Assembly (NCBI GenBank): GCA_020344015.1
Contig: CP070812.1
Location: forward strand, 2,385,002-2,449,001
DNA from: Gemmatimonadota bacterium
Lineage (GTDB): Bacteria > Gemmatimonadota > Gemmatimonadetes > Palauibacterales > KS3-K002
Direction: 5' to 3'
Length of the DNA stretch: 64,000 nucleotides
Shown here: piece after piece, positions 50,460 to 60,954 of the stretch
Numbering within the stretch: position 1 is the stretch's first letter
Layout of the letters: each line of letters begins with the position of its first letter
Position numbers and translations under genes: made by a program
The notes under the pieces: generated by a model
Databases searched by the model: none
What the model saw: the letters and a program-made list of their open reading frames with translations, nothing else
What the model was told of the DNA's origin: nothing

Positions 50460-53400
50460 TCAGTACGCCCAGCCGTAGAAGAGGAAGAGGCCAATCGACT
50501 GCTCCAGATCGGTGCCCGGTCCACCGTAGAAGAGCGTCCCCTCGCGCCCGAAGCGCGGCTCGGTGACGCCGCGCAGCGTGAACCTGTCATCGAGCCGCCA
50601 CTCGAGCCGCACCGTCGGCCGCACGGCGCCTACCAGGTGCTGGGCGACGCTGACGAAGACGGTAGGCGCCAGGTACCAGCCCACCTCCACCTGGGTGGCG
50701 GCCAGCGCCGGGCCGGTCCCGCTACGGTATTCGCCCTCGGCGTCCGGGGTGATCGGATTACGACTCACCTCGACGTAGGAGATGAACGATTCGCCGACGA
50801 GCAGCGAACCGAGTGCGTAGCCGACGAACGCTTGAGGTACGCCCCGCGTGGCATCCCGCAGAAGGTTGCTCTCCTCGCTGGTGCGGGTGAGCTCGTACGA
50901 TGGCCTACCGAACAGGAGGTAGGAGAGCAGGTCCGATTCCGGGATGGGGGGCTGTGCATCGCTCTCGAGGGCGAGCGTCATCTCCTCGAGTGTTCCGCCT
51001 ATCACCAATCTTATGTCTATCGGTTGCTTCTGAGTTCGTACCGTGTACAGCGCGACGATTCTCAAGTTCGGGTTCATGGCCGGCTCGCCGACTAACTCGA
51101 TGGTCCCCTCGACAACAGCGAACCGCTTGTTGAAGAACCAGTACTCGCCGCGCACCGCGTGGAGCATCCCATTCATCCTCAGGATATCCTGCGCTCGATC
51201 CTGATGAAGCGTTAATCGGCCAGCGATCTCGATGTTCATCTCCTCAGACCGCAACCACGTATCGCGCTCCAAATTGAGGCTCAGATCGATAACGAGGTTG
51301 TCGAGGAATCGGTTACCGGTTCGTCGTCCCAAGGTCGTTTGCAGGGCAAACACCGTGTCGATCAACGCCAGGTTTCCTCTCAGCTCCTCGAACGGGTCGA
51401 TGATCTCGGCCTGACGTCCGATCTCCTCGATGAACAGCACGCCGCTTACCACCGACAGGTCGCCCACGATATGCGGCATGTCATATGGGCCTTCCAGCGT
51501 GACAGTGCCCGATGCGACAATCCTTGCGTCGAATTGGTCGTAGCCCGCCAGCTGCACGGCGTACAACCGAAGATCGAACTCCGGATTGCCGAGGTTGGCG
51601 AAGCTGACCGACCCGGTCAGAGTGCCGCGCCCCCCCTGCACGGCGAACACCGATACGCTATCGAGCTCCATCCGGACACCGTCGAACCGTAGGTCGCCTT
51701 CCAACCCCTCGTAGGTGATCCCACTCCTCGGGATGCGGAAGCCGCCATTCACCACCGTCAGCGGACCTTGAAGGTCGATGTCCTCTGGTGTCCCCCCGAT
51801 GTGAACCGAAGCCCTAGCGTGCCCACGGATATCGGTCAGCTGATCGGTGAGCAATGTCATGAGGGTCAGCGGCACACTGTCGCCCTCGAAAGCCAAATCG
51901 ATTGGCCGCTCGGGCGCCTCGATGCGGAAGCTGGGCAGCTCCAGGTCGAGCGGCAGCGTGCCGCTCAGCCGGACCTGTTGCCTGGTGTCCTGCCACATCG
52001 CGGCATCCGTGAACAGCTCACCGCTTTCGTAGCCGAACGTGCCCCGCAGGTCGGAGAACGTGATCCCAAACAGATTACCTTCCGCCACCTCGATGCTACC
52101 CTGCAGGCTGGGGTCGCGGACTGTTCCGGAGAGCTCCAGATGCACATCCACCTGGCCGGCGACGTCCAAGCTGTCCGGCCACAGCACTGCCAGGTTCGCC
52201 AGATCGAGACCCAGGACATCAGCGCCGAGAGAGACCGGACCGGACACTCCCACCGCCCCGCGCAGCGACACCCTGCGCGACAGGCCTGTTAGCTCGAACT
52301 CGCGGATAGCGAGGGCGCCCGAGTCCTCGAACTGGAACTCCGCTGGCTCCACTAGATCCCAGCGAGTGCCCCTCAGAACCAGGGAGAGGGAGTCCACGCC
52401 TATCGTCTGCTCCAGCTTTCCCAGGCTGGCCCAGCCGCGGCCCGCAGCGGTTGCACTGGGTTTGGCGACCTCGAACTCTAGCTTCAGCAGCGAATCGCTG
52501 AGGCTGCCGCGCGCCTCCAAAGAGTCGAACCGTATCTCGCCGAAGGCTGCACCACTTGCCGAGACGGCGCCTCCGGCGACGAAGTGCCCGGCGTTCTCGC
52601 CGATGTTGAAGTCGTCGACTCGCAAGCTGTCGGCCCGCAAGTCGCGATACGCGACCCGTTCGGCCTCGGCGGCGCCGTGCACTGCGAAGTAGCCCGAGTC
52701 GCGCACGAGCCAGCCGACCACGCGAGCAGAACCTTTGAGCCCCGGCACATCTTCCGGCTGCGCCACCGTCCCCGTTGCGCCGGTCCCCAGCGTCGGCAGC
52801 GGTAGCCTATCGAAGGCAGGGAATAGCAGGGGGTCTAGGGCAGCGAGACTATCGGCCCGCAGCTCGAAGCGGAGGCTATCGATCAACCCGGGCGAGAGGC
52901 TGAGGGCGCCCGAGGCGTGCAGCTCCCCGAACTCGGCGGCAACGACGGACGTGTCGACCAGCAGGCGCCCGTCGGCCACGCGCAGTTCCACGGTCGCCGA
53001 CTCGAGGCGCACGCCGCCGACGAACGAGGCGGAGACATCCGCGCGACCACGCGCCGCTAGTTCCGCCAGTTCGATCCCCTCGCCCTGGAACTCGACCTTG
53101 AAGTCGAGATCCGACTGCGGCAGGCCGCGCCGGAATTCCGGAAGCCCGACACGCCAGCCCTGCAGCGAGCCACTATAGCGCGGCAAATCCTCCGCCAGCT
53201 GCAGGTCTGCGATCGCGGCTAGCGAATCTTCGGCACCGCCCAAGCGGACCTCGACATGGAGATCGTCGAGGGCACCGACGGCTACGAAATCCCCCCTGTA
53301 TTCACCGCGGAACGGGATCGCCGGGTAGTACTCCGCCAGCGTCGTGAGTGAAACCTGCTCGCCGTTTACCCGCGCGTCGAGCAGCAGCGGCGCATAGCCA

Positions 53401-54899
53401 TCCGCAGTTATCGTCGCGCGTCCCGCGAGCAGGTTCGATGTTCGCTCGGCGTCGCTCTGTTCAATGTCGAATGAGACGGCCATCCCGTCGGACAGTCGCC
53501 CATCCGCCGAAGCACTGCCGGCGACCTGCCCTCTCACCGCCAGTCCCGGTACGAATGCCCGGACCATATCGAGCCGCAGGGTATCGAAATGCACTTCTAA
53601 CTCTCTGGCGCCCAGCACCTCACCGTTGGCGTGGACAGTCCCAAGCGCCATAACGTGAGACGACGCCCCCGTCGCGTCAGGCGTGATCCTCAGGTCCCCG
53701 TCGACCTCGAGCTCTGAGAGCGGGCCAGCGAGCCGAACGCGGCCGGCCAGTTCGCCGTGCTGGGGAGGCTCCCAGCCGGTGAGCGAGGCGATGAGCGTAC
53801 TGTGCACTCGCTCCACCTCGAGGTCTACAGCGTCGAACTCGAGGCCGTCCGGCCGATCGCGAAGTGTCATCGCGTATCTGCCGGACGCCGTGGCATCGGG
53901 CGATTCCCAGCGAGCGTTCTGCGCCTCCAGAAGGACGCCGTCCGGTAGACTCGCGTAGCGGAAATCCAGATTGGCGACACCGGGCGGCAACTGCGGGATC
54001 AGCCACCAGAGGTCGGCCGTGGTTACCGGGTCGCCGCGTAGCGCCAGGTCGTATTCGAGCTTTCCGGAAAGCGATACCCACCCCTCGCCGAATATCCGCG
54101 AGTCGGGCAGGTCGACCTCCCAGACATCGAAGAACAGAGTGTCGCCCACGACCTCCAGGTCGGCACGCAACTGTTCTACCTCGAACGACTCCCTGATAAC
54201 CGTCGCGGCACCGCTGAACAGAGAGACCTGGAAGAGTCGGCTCTGCCCCTCGGGCGCTGCAACCCGCGCCGTGGGTAGGTTGGCATTGAGGCGCTCGACC
54301 CTAACGACGCGCTCCCACCTACCATCCACCTCTTCTAAGTGCCAGGCGGAAGAATCCGGGTCGCTGCCCGGCCTGGGATCCCACGGGAACCTGAGCGTCA
54401 CGTCGCCCGATCTTATATCGACCTCACGCAACACTACTCTGCGCCCACGGCCGCCCTCGCTGGGAGCGGTTGTGCTGTCGGCCGGACCGGCCTCCCGCCC
54501 GCCGAACAACCTCTCGAAGTTCCACCCCTCTCCGCGGGTTGTCCTCAGGTTGGCGACCGGGCCGATGAGAGTGACCTTGGGGAACGTGATGTTGCCGAAA
54601 AGGAAGTCGGACCAGCGATAGTGGACCGCGACGGTATCTATGCGGGCGAATTCGCTGCCGTCGGGCTCGAAGATCCGCACACCCGCCATCCGCACCGTCC
54701 GCAGCAGATCGCCCTCCAGTACCTCGTTGATCTCCACCCGACCGGCGATCGCTTCATTGAGCTTCTCGAGCGCGAATTGGCGCACACGTTCACGACCCCA
54801 GTCGGTACGCGTGAACATCATGCCCGAGGCCGTCGCCACGAGCAGAACCGCTCCGGCTAGGGCCAGCGGAATACCGATCAGTCGCTCTTTCCAGGTCAC
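50460..54899 (-). CDS. tamB: Translocation and assembly module protein TamB-like (AsmA-like, C-terminal DUF490)
   Basis: 1479 aa. N-terminal signal-anchor (LIGIPLALAGAVLLVATASGMMF), long beta-rich repetitive body, C-terminal DUF490-like region (…SDLLSYLLFGRPSYEL…). Start overlaps the stop of the upstream Omp85 gene. Confidence 0.75.
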   Translation of the reverse strand: MTWKERLIGIPLALAGAVLLVATASGMMFTRTDWGRERVRQFALEKLNEAIAGRVEINEVLEGDLLRTVRMAGVRIFEPDGSEFARIDTVAVHYRWSDFLFGNITFPKVTLIGPVANLRTTRGEGWNFERLFGGREAGPADSTTAPSEGGRGRRVVLREVDIRSGDVTLRFPWDPRPGSDPDSSAWHLEEVDGRWERVVRVERLNANLPTARVAAPEGQSRLFQVSLFSGAATVIRESFEVEQLRADLEVVGDTLFFDVWEVDLPDSRIFGEGWVSLSGKLEYDLALRGDPVTTADLWWLIPQLPPGVANLDFRYASLPDGVLLEAQNARWESPDATASGRYAMTLRDRPDGLEFDAVDLEVERVHSTLIASLTGWEPPQHGELAGRVRLAGPLSELEVDGDLRITPDATGASSHVMALGTVHANGEVLGARELEVHFDTLRLDMVRAFVPGLAVRGQVAGSASADGRLSDGMAVSFDIEQSDAERTSNLLAGRATITADGYAPLLLDARVNGEQVSLTTLAEYYPAIPFRGEYRGDFVAVGALDDLHVEVRLGGAEDSLAAIADLQLAEDLPRYSGSLQGWRVGLPEFRRGLPQSDLDFKVEFQGEGIELAELAARGRADVSASFVGGVRLESATVELRVADGRLLVDTSVVAAEFGELHASGALSLSPGLIDSLRFELRADSLAALDPLLFPAFDRLPLPTLGTGATGTVAQPEDVPGLKGSARVVGWLVRDSGYFAVHGAAEAERVAYRDLRADSLRVDDFNIGENAGHFVAGGAVSASGAAFGEIRFDSLEARGSLSDSLLKLEFEVAKPSATAAGRGWASLGKLEQTIGVDSLSLVLRGTRWDLVEPAEFQFEDSGALAIREFELTGLSRRVSLRGAVGVSGPVSLGADVLGLDLANLAVLWPDSLDVAGQVDVHLELSGTVRDPSLQGSIEVAEGNLFGITFSDLRGTFGYESGELFTDAAMWQDTRQQVRLSGTLPLDLELPSFRIEAPERPIDLAFEGDSVPLTLMTLLTDQLTDIRGHARASVHIGGTPEDIDLQGPLTVVNGGFRIPRSGITYEGLEGDLRFDGVRMELDSVSVFAVQGGRGTLTGSVSFANLGNPEFDLRLYAVQLAGYDQFDARIVASGTVTLEGPYDMPHIVGDLSVVSGVLFIEEIGRQAEIIDPFEELRGNLALIDTVFALQTTLGRRTGNRFLDNLVIDLSLNLERDTWLRSEEMNIEIAGRLTLHQDRAQDILRMNGMLHAVRGEYWFFNKRFAVVEGTIELVGEPAMNPNLRIVALYTVRTQKQPIDIRLVIGGTLEEMTLALESDAQPPIPESDLLSYLLFGRPSYELTRTSEESNLLRDATRGVPQAFVGYALGSLLVGESFISYVEVSRNPITPDAEGEYRSGTGPALAATQVEVGWYLAPTVFVSVAQHLVGAVRPTVRLEWRLDDRFTLRGVTEPRFGREGTLFYGGPGTDLEQSIGLFLFYGWAY

Positions 54900-57196
54900 T
54901 AGAACGCGTGTCCTATCGAGAAGTGCAGCTGCAGCCGGTTCAGGAACCCCCGCAGGCCCTCACCTTCATACGGGTCATACGTCAAAAGGTTCGGTTCGTC
55001 GGTCGCGTCGCCCAGTTGCACGATGAATGTCTGTCCGTTCTCGTCCACCAGCTCGCTGATCACGGGGAACCGCTCCGCGCTACTTGTATTGTAACCTATG
55101 TCCAGGCGCAGAGGTCCCACAGGGCTCTGATAGCGGATCCCAACGCCAGGCGACCAGGCCATCCGGTCCCCACCGCTTACCTCCGCACCGGCGCTCCAGA
55201 CCCGGCCGACGTCGACGAACGCCACCCAGATCCAGCGACCGGCCGCGAAGGGAAAACGAAGCTCGAGGTTCGCCACCAGCGAGTTCTCACCCCCCACCGG
55301 CCGCGGAAAGACCCGACTCGAGGTCAGCCCCGCAGCCTCGGGGTCGCAGACCCACGTATTCCGTTCTGTCACCAGCGGGTCGTCGGGATTGCAGGCCTGC
55401 AGGTCCTCGCGGCGCGCAAGCAAGACCAGCGGCCCCAGCAGGTTCTGCCCGAACCCACGAACGGTAAAAGCCCCCCCCGCGTACTGCCGCTTCAACGGGT
55501 GGGTCACCGGCTCGGCGGTTGATGTGTCGGTGGCGATGCTGAGCTCCACACCCTCGAGGCCCGAGCCGATGGGACGCACCAGACCGCCTCGCACTCGCAG
55601 CGCCAGAACGTTGCGGCCGAGACGCTGGAACCAGCTGAACTCGCCCTGTGCCCTGTAGTAGGCCCACTCTGAACCCGTGAGTCGGGATGCAGTCTCACCC
55701 TCGATCGTGAACCGGTAACCGCGCGTCGGGTTGAGGACGACGTCGGTTCTACTCTGGGCGACGGTAACGGCGAACCACGAGAGCCAGCGCGGTTGCTCGA
55801 GCACCGCGATGTCTTCCGGGCGACATATTAGGAAGTTGGCGCAGAACAGGAAGTCGGCACTCCCCTCCTCCAGGCTGTCGCGTCCGGCACGATACGTTCC
55901 AATCAGAGCGGTCCCGGGAGAGATCTCCCGGCTCAGCCTTACGTCGCCCCCGTAGCTGACACGCGCGTAGATCCCGGGCAGACTCTGTCTTTCGCCGAAG
56001 ACACCAAGGTGCAGCCAGTTCTCCGTGCCCAGGAACCACGGTTGCCGGAAATCGGCCCTCAGCCTCCAGTTGACCTTGTTGTACGGATTGGTCTCGAGCT
56101 CGCTCTCGCGCTCGACACCGGCCTGCGTACAAGGGAATTGCCGGGCCAGGGTGGCGGTACCGAGGTTCGAGAGGACGCCGCTCAGCTCGAGAGTGCGTGT
56201 CCCGCCGAAGAAATTGCGATGACTCCAACCGGCTTCGACCTGTAAACACTCGGTCGTCGATAACCCGAACCCAAACTGGACCCCACGCATCCGCGCCTCG
56301 TTGACCTGTACCTGGATGTCTATGGTCGAGTCCGGGCTCGTCGGCCGTCGCGTAATGGCTACGTAGTCGAACAGCACCAGGGAGTAGAGCGTGCGCTGAC
56401 TACGAACGATCTCGTCTTCGTCGTACAGGTCGCCGGTCCGAAACGTCAGCAGCCGTCTCACGTCTTCGGGATCGATCTCCACGGTTCCGATCACCTCAAT
56501 CGCACCAATCCGCGACCGCGGGCCGGGCACCGCCTGGAGCACGACAAACGCCCCCAGCGTGTCGGTGCTCGGGATGGTCGCTTCGACCAGCACCACCGCA
56601 TCAGCGTATCCACGCTTTCGCAGTTCTCGCTCGATCCGTTCCCGCGACGCCGTAAGGTCGACTTCGCTGAATGGCCGCTCCGCCTTCAAATCGAGATCCG
56701 ATGTGATGGCGTCGGCTTCGCCTACGTCATCGAGCCCGCTAACCTGCAGATCGCGCACTGTGACGGGCTCACCCTCATCGATACGGAAGGTGACGTCGAC
56801 GAAGCCGTTGTGGCGGACAACTGTCGTATCGACCTGGGCGCTCCGAAAACCGCGCCGGTAGTAGAAGACCCTTATGCGGGCGATGTCGGTCCTCAGCTCG
56901 CGCCGGTCGAGTTGCTCCGTCCGGATAAACACGTCCAACCCGATCCAGCAGAGTGGGCTGAGCAGCACCGATTTACAGCCACTGTCCCGGGTGGCTATCG
57001 CCCGTTCGATCTCACTGTCACTGAACGCATCGTTGCCGCTGAAGCGGAGGTTACGAACGATGGGAAGCGTGTCGCGGGCGGCCACCTGTGCTATGGCAGG
57101 GGCCGCTGCCAGCAAGCCGGCTGCGACGGCGAGGAGGGCTGCGAAGCGAATGCCCAGCCGGGTGGCGTCAGGCGACCGAGCTGCGCTCGGCGCCAA
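54899..57196 (-). CDS. Omp85/BamA family outer membrane protein (POTRA repeats + surface-antigen barrel; TamA/TamL/BamA-like)
   Basis: Signal peptide …RLGIRFAALLAVAAGLLAAAPAIAQ, multiple POTRA domains, C-terminal Bac_surface_Ag barrel ending …LQLHFSIGHAF. Probable TTG start at 57196, 26 nt upstream of the metallophosphoesterase stop. The ORF opens at 57250. Confidence 0.8.
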   Translation of the reverse strand: MAPSAARSPDATRLGIRFAALLAVAAGLLAAAPAIAQVAARDTLPIVRNLRFSGNDAFSDSEIERAIATRDSGCKSVLLSPLCWIGLDVFIRTEQLDRRELRTDIARIRVFYYRRGFRSAQVDTTVVRHNGFVDVTFRIDEGEPVTVRDLQVSGLDDVGEADAITSDLDLKAERPFSEVDLTASRERIERELRKRGYADAVVLVEATIPSTDTLGAFVVLQAVPGPRSRIGAIEVIGTVEIDPEDVRRLLTFRTGDLYDEDEIVRSQRTLYSLVLFDYVAITRRPTSPDSTIDIQVQVNEARMRGVQFGFGLSTTECLQVEAGWSHRNFFGGTRTLELSGVLSNLGTATLARQFPCTQAGVERESELETNPYNKVNWRLRADFRQPWFLGTENWLHLGVFGERQSLPGIYARVSYGGDVRLSREISPGTALIGTYRAGRDSLEEGSADFLFCANFLICRPEDIAVLEQPRWLSWFAVTVAQSRTDVVLNPTRGYRFTIEGETASRLTGSEWAYYRAQGEFSWFQRLGRNVLALRVRGGLVRPIGSGLEGVELSIATDTSTAEPVTHPLKRQYAGGAFTVRGFGQNLLGPLVLLARREDLQACNPDDPLVTERNTWVCDPEAAGLTSSRVFPRPVGGENSLVANLELRFPFAAGRWIWVAFVDVGRVWSAGAEVSGGDRMAWSPGVGIRYQSPVGPLRLDIGYNTSSAERFPVISELVDENGQTFIVQLGDATDEPNLLTYDPYEGEGLRGFLNRLQLHFSIGHAF

Positions 57197-58037
57197 TCCC
57201 CGGTCCGCTGGCGACATCGAAGTAACCCTTGGTACCGCGCGGGAAGACATGTTTGCTCATCGGCATGAATCGAGCGAGGTCGCCGACCCAAGCGTGATGT
57301 GCGACGCGGATCTCGTGGTCGTCGATCTGTATCAGGTTCAACGTATTCTTGAACCGCTCGCGGCCGCGACCACGGCTCGAGGTAGTCGTGCCGCATTGGA
57401 CGATGGCGATCCCGCGGCGTTGCAGGTCGCCCGGAAAGAAATCGAGCGAGCTGCCGATGTAGGAGCGGTGCATGTGGCCGGCGAGAATGAGATCGACGTC
57501 GTGTTCGGTGAATCGCCGCAGCGCGCGCCGCGCGAAGGGCATCACGTTGCCGCCGACAAAGTCGGGCGGCGGCGCCAGATGATGATGGGTCACGACGATC
57601 CGGGCGAGCGAATCGTCTGCACCGTCGAACGCACGACTGGCGAAAGCGAGCTGCGAGCGACGGATTCGGCCGTTAGTCAGCGTCGCTCGCCTGCTCGAGT
57701 TGAGCGCAACGATCCTCAGCCCGGCTACGTCGGTGACCGTGTTGAGCTCGTCGCAGATAAATCGGTGGTAGTTGGCGTACGGGAAAAAGACTCGTTCCCA
57801 GAACCGGTAGAACGGGACGTCGTGATTGCCCGGCGTAACCACCACAGGCGCGGCGAAACGTTCCAGATACTCCGCGGCCGCCTCGAACTCCACCGCCTTG
57901 GCGCGCTGAGTCAGGTCGCCCGATACGACGACGACATCCGGCACGAGGTCCCGGGCCTGCTCGACAACCACCTCGGCCACGTCCGGCCGGAAGGCCTTGC
58001 CGAAATGCAGATCTGAGAGGTGGAGCAGCGTTGCCAA
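57168..58037 (-). CDS. Metallophosphoesterase (calcineurin-like phosphoesterase)
   Basis: LHLSDLHFG…VVVVSGDLTQ…GNHD…GHMH metal-ligand motifs. Confidence 0.8.
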   Translation of the reverse strand: MATLLHLSDLHFGKAFRPDVAEVVVEQARDLVPDVVVVSGDLTQRAKAVEFEAAAEYLERFAAPVVVTPGNHDVPFYRFWERVFFPYANYHRFICDELNTVTDVAGLRIVALNSSRRATLTNGRIRRSQLAFASRAFDGADDSLARIVVTHHHLAPPPDFVGGNVMPFARRALRRFTEHDVDLILAGHMHRSYIGSSLDFFPGDLQRRGIAIVQCGTTTSSRGRGRERFKNTLNLIQIDDHEIRVAHHAWVGDLARFMPMSKHVFPRGTKGYFDVASGPGIGAERSSVA

Positions 58038-58057
58038 GCTTTCCTACCTCCGAACGG

Positions 58058-58885
58058 CTACGACGCCGGCGCCGCCTCGCCCCGGCTGCGCCTCAGCAGG
58101 ACGAGCCCGTAGGCGCCCGCTGCGATGATCACCAGGCTGATCACCTGAGCGAGGGTGAGCGGGCCGAAGAATCGATCGTCCTTGGCACGGAAGATCTCGA
58201 CGAACGCCCGTTCCAGGCCAGCCAGCACCAGGTAGAGCATGAATAGCCAGCCGGCGCGGTGCGGGTGCCGACGCAGCCGCCAGAGCACAGCGAGGACGAT
58301 CAACATGATCGTCGTCTCGTAGAGCTGGGTCGGGTGTACCCGCAGCACCTCCCAATCCGGAACGCTCTCCGGCACGCCTACGCCGAAGCTGTCGCGCAGA
58401 TTGCCAGCCGTGCTCGGCGGCGAGCCCTTGGGGAATGCGACACCGATCCAGCTATCCGTGGCCCGCCCGTAGTCGTCGCCTACCAGGAAGCAACCGATGC
58501 GCCCGACCGCGTACCCGATAGACAACATGAGAGCGGCAGCGTCGGCGACGATAGGGACAGGGAACTTCGCCCTACGCGCGACGAGTATTACGCCAATCGT
58601 GCCTCCAATCAGGCCACCATACCAGACGAGGCCGGCGCGCGAGAAGAGCGTGCCGAGCGGGTCGCGGACAAGGAGCGGCCAGTTGAGGAAAGCGTAGTAG
58701 AGCTTCGCGCCGATGATGCCTCCGATCAAGGCGCCCATCAGGACGGTCCACGAGGCATCCTTCTCATATTCTTTGTCCTCGAAAAAGAAGGTGCCGATCC
58801 AACCGGCTGCCAGGAAGCCTAGTCCCAGCATCAGGCCGAACGTCGTGATCTCTATTCCCTTGAACTCGAAGAGTATCGGGTACAT
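58058..58885 (-). CDS. lgt: Prolipoprotein diacylglyceryl transferase
   Basis: MYPILFEFKGIEITTFGLMLGLGFLAA N-terminus and Lgt signature region (…GYAVGRIGCFLVGDDYG…). Confidence 0.95.
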   Translation of the reverse strand: MYPILFEFKGIEITTFGLMLGLGFLAAGWIGTFFFEDKEYEKDASWTVLMGALIGGIIGAKLYYAFLNWPLLVRDPLGTLFSRAGLVWYGGLIGGTIGVILVARRAKFPVPIVADAAALMLSIGYAVGRIGCFLVGDDYGRATDSWIGVAFPKGSPPSTAGNLRDSFGVGVPESVPDWEVLRVHPTQLYETTIMLIVLAVLWRLRRHPHRAGWLFMLYLVLAGLERAFVEIFRAKDDRFFGPLTLAQVISLVIIAAGAYGLVLLRRSRGEAAPAS

Positions 58886-58917
58886 TTACTAGTTCCTCTC
58901 CATACACAGCATCACGC

Positions 58918-59958
58918 TCAGAGGACCCCCGGCATCGGCAGATCCGCCCGCGCGTTGAGGTCATATCCGTCCTGCTCGCCACGGCCCAACCGGAAAGCCG
59001 CCGCCCGCGCCACCATCGCTGCGTTGTCGGTCGCGAGCCTCGACGAAGGTACAAAGACGAGAGCGTCGGGCCCCAGCCGCGAGCGAATGCTATCGGCCAG
59101 CGCTGCGTTCCTGGCGACGCCTCCTCCGAGGACCACCCGCTGGCAACCTGTAGCCCGGACCGCGCGCAGCGTCTTCTCGGTGAGCTGCTCGACGGCCGCC
59201 TGCTGAAACGCAGCCGCCAGGTGCGGAACCTCCTCGTCGAGGCTGCCCGCCTTCTCTAGCTCCCGTACCCGCATCAGCACCGCAGTCTTCAGGCCGCTGA
59301 ACGACATATCGAAGTAGTCCTCGCTACCCTCGCGCTGGCCGGGACGGACCATCGGTACGGGAAGCGGGTGGCGGGCCGGCTTGCCCTGCTTGGCCAGCCG
59401 CTCGATCGCCGGGCCGCCAGGATAGCCCAGATCCAGCAGTCGCGCCACCTTGTCGAAGGCCTCGCCGGCGGCGTCGTCCCGCGTACCGCCGAGCATATGG
59501 TAGCGCCCCCAGCTCTCGGCATGGAGCAGCAGGGTGTGGCCACCGGATACGAGCAGCGCGACGAACGGCGGTTGCGCTCTCTCGTCCTCCAGGGCCGAGG
59601 CGAATAGGTGCGCCTCCATGTGGTGGATGCCTATGAACGGTCTGCCCAGCGCGTACGCGGCAGCCTTCACCCAGTTGAGGCCTACCAAGAGGGAGCCGAT
59701 GAGGCCCGGTCCCGCCGTGACCGCCAGGGCATCCAACTCGTCCATTCGGATGGCCGCCTGGTCCACCGCCTGGGCGACGATTCGGCCGATCACAGCCAAC
59801 TGAGCCCGTGATGCGACCTCGGGGACGACGCCGCCAAAGCCGCCGTGCATATCTTGCGTCGCGATGACATGCCCCAGTAGCTCGCGCTCACCGCGCAGTA
59901 CCGCGGCAGACGTGTCGTCACACGAAGTCTCGACTGCGAGGATGGTTCGCCCACTCAC
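58918..59958 (-). CDS. tsaD: tRNA N6-adenosine threonylcarbamoyltransferase TsaD
   Basis: ILAVETSCDDTSAAV…HMEAHL…GGVARN Kae1/TsaD motifs. Confidence 0.95.
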   Translation of the reverse strand: MSGRTILAVETSCDDTSAAVLRGERELLGHVIATQDMHGGFGGVVPEVASRAQLAVIGRIVAQAVDQAAIRMDELDALAVTAGPGLIGSLLVGLNWVKAAAYALGRPFIGIHHMEAHLFASALEDERAQPPFVALLVSGGHTLLLHAESWGRYHMLGGTRDDAAGEAFDKVARLLDLGYPGGPAIERLAKQGKPARHPLPVPMVRPGQREGSEDYFDMSFSGLKTAVLMRVRELEKAGSLDEEVPHLAAAFQQAAVEQLTEKTLRAVRATGCQRVVLGGGVARNAALADSIRSRLGPDALVFVPSSRLATDNAAMVARAAAFRLGRGEQDGYDLNARADLPMPGVL

Positions 59959-59994
59959 GCGTCTGTCCTATCGCCGAATACGCCGCTCTTACGA

Positions 59995-60954
59995 TCAGCC
60001 ACCGGACTCCGCCACGACCCGAGCCGAGTCCGGATCGACGATGACTGTGATGAACGGGGCCGGCGGGGGGAGTAGGATCGGCAGGGGCTGACCCAGGTCG
60101 GCGGAGCCACGCAGCTCGACGTGCGGCGATAGCGCCTCGGCCCGGACCGCCTCCACGGCGCTCCGCGGTCCTGAGAGCCGGACGTCGACCAGCGACGGTT
60201 CGACCCTCAAGCCTTCCACGTCCGCGCCGCTGACGACCAACGGGATACCCGGGAAGACCCTTTCAGCCAATCGTTCGACCGAAACCGTCACGCTCACGCT
60301 GGTGGCCGAGAGCCCCACGAGCGCACTGGGATCGTCCAACACGAGCGGCACATCAACGCTGGTCGACTCACGCATCTCGGTGCCGGGCACTGGCGCGGTG
60401 GCGACAGACTCGATGGCACTCACTATGTCCTCCGGCCCGTCGAGCGCGACCATGTCGGGCTCGACGCGCACCGAGTCAGACATCACGTAGCCCTCCTCGA
60501 GGCTGAGGCGCGACATGTCCGGTACGACGGGCACGGTCTTGGTGCCCCTGAGCTGGAAATGGAGGAGGAAGCGATCGGGCTGCACGCGGATCGCGCTTAC
60601 TCCTTCCAGCGGCGCGCCACCTCTACCCGTCACCATGTCCGAAGTGAGGCGGACCTCCAGCAAATTGGAGTCTACGCTATCGATGGTGACGAGAAGCTGG
60701 GGACGAGCGACCGCCAACCGCGCCAGCTCGCCGACGCGACCGGTGAAATCGACCGTCACTTCCTGTATGCTCGGCTCGCGACTCGTTTCCACGTAGCGCC
60801 GGTCGCTGTTGACGATCAGGAGGTCGGCGGAATAGGGCCGCTCATCCACCCGGTCGGCGCTCACGGCAACCCAGAGGAAGAGCGAGAGGAGAACGGCTGT
60901 GAGCATGTACAGCCAGTTCCGCTTCAGGTTTGTACGCCAGTCTGCCATCGTCAC
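59995..60954 (-). CDS. YbbR-like domain protein (CdaR-like), N-terminal TM
   Basis: N-terminal TM (WLYMLTAVLLSLFLWVAV) followed by repeated about 80 aa beta-rich segments typical of YbbR repeats. The assignment is moderate. Confidence 0.5.
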   Translation of the reverse strand: MTMADWRTNLKRNWLYMLTAVLLSLFLWVAVSADRVDERPYSADLLIVNSDRRYVETSREPSIQEVTVDFTGRVGELARLAVARPQLLVTIDSVDSNLLEVRLTSDMVTGRGGAPLEGVSAIRVQPDRFLLHFQLRGTKTVPVVPDMSRLSLEEGYVMSDSVRVEPDMVALDGPEDIVSAIESVATAPVPGTEMRESTSVDVPLVLDDPSALVGLSATSVSVTVSVERLAERVFPGIPLVVSGADVEGLRVEPSLVDVRLSGPRSAVEAVRAEALSPHVELRGSADLGQPLPILLPPPAPFITVIVDPDSARVVAESGG

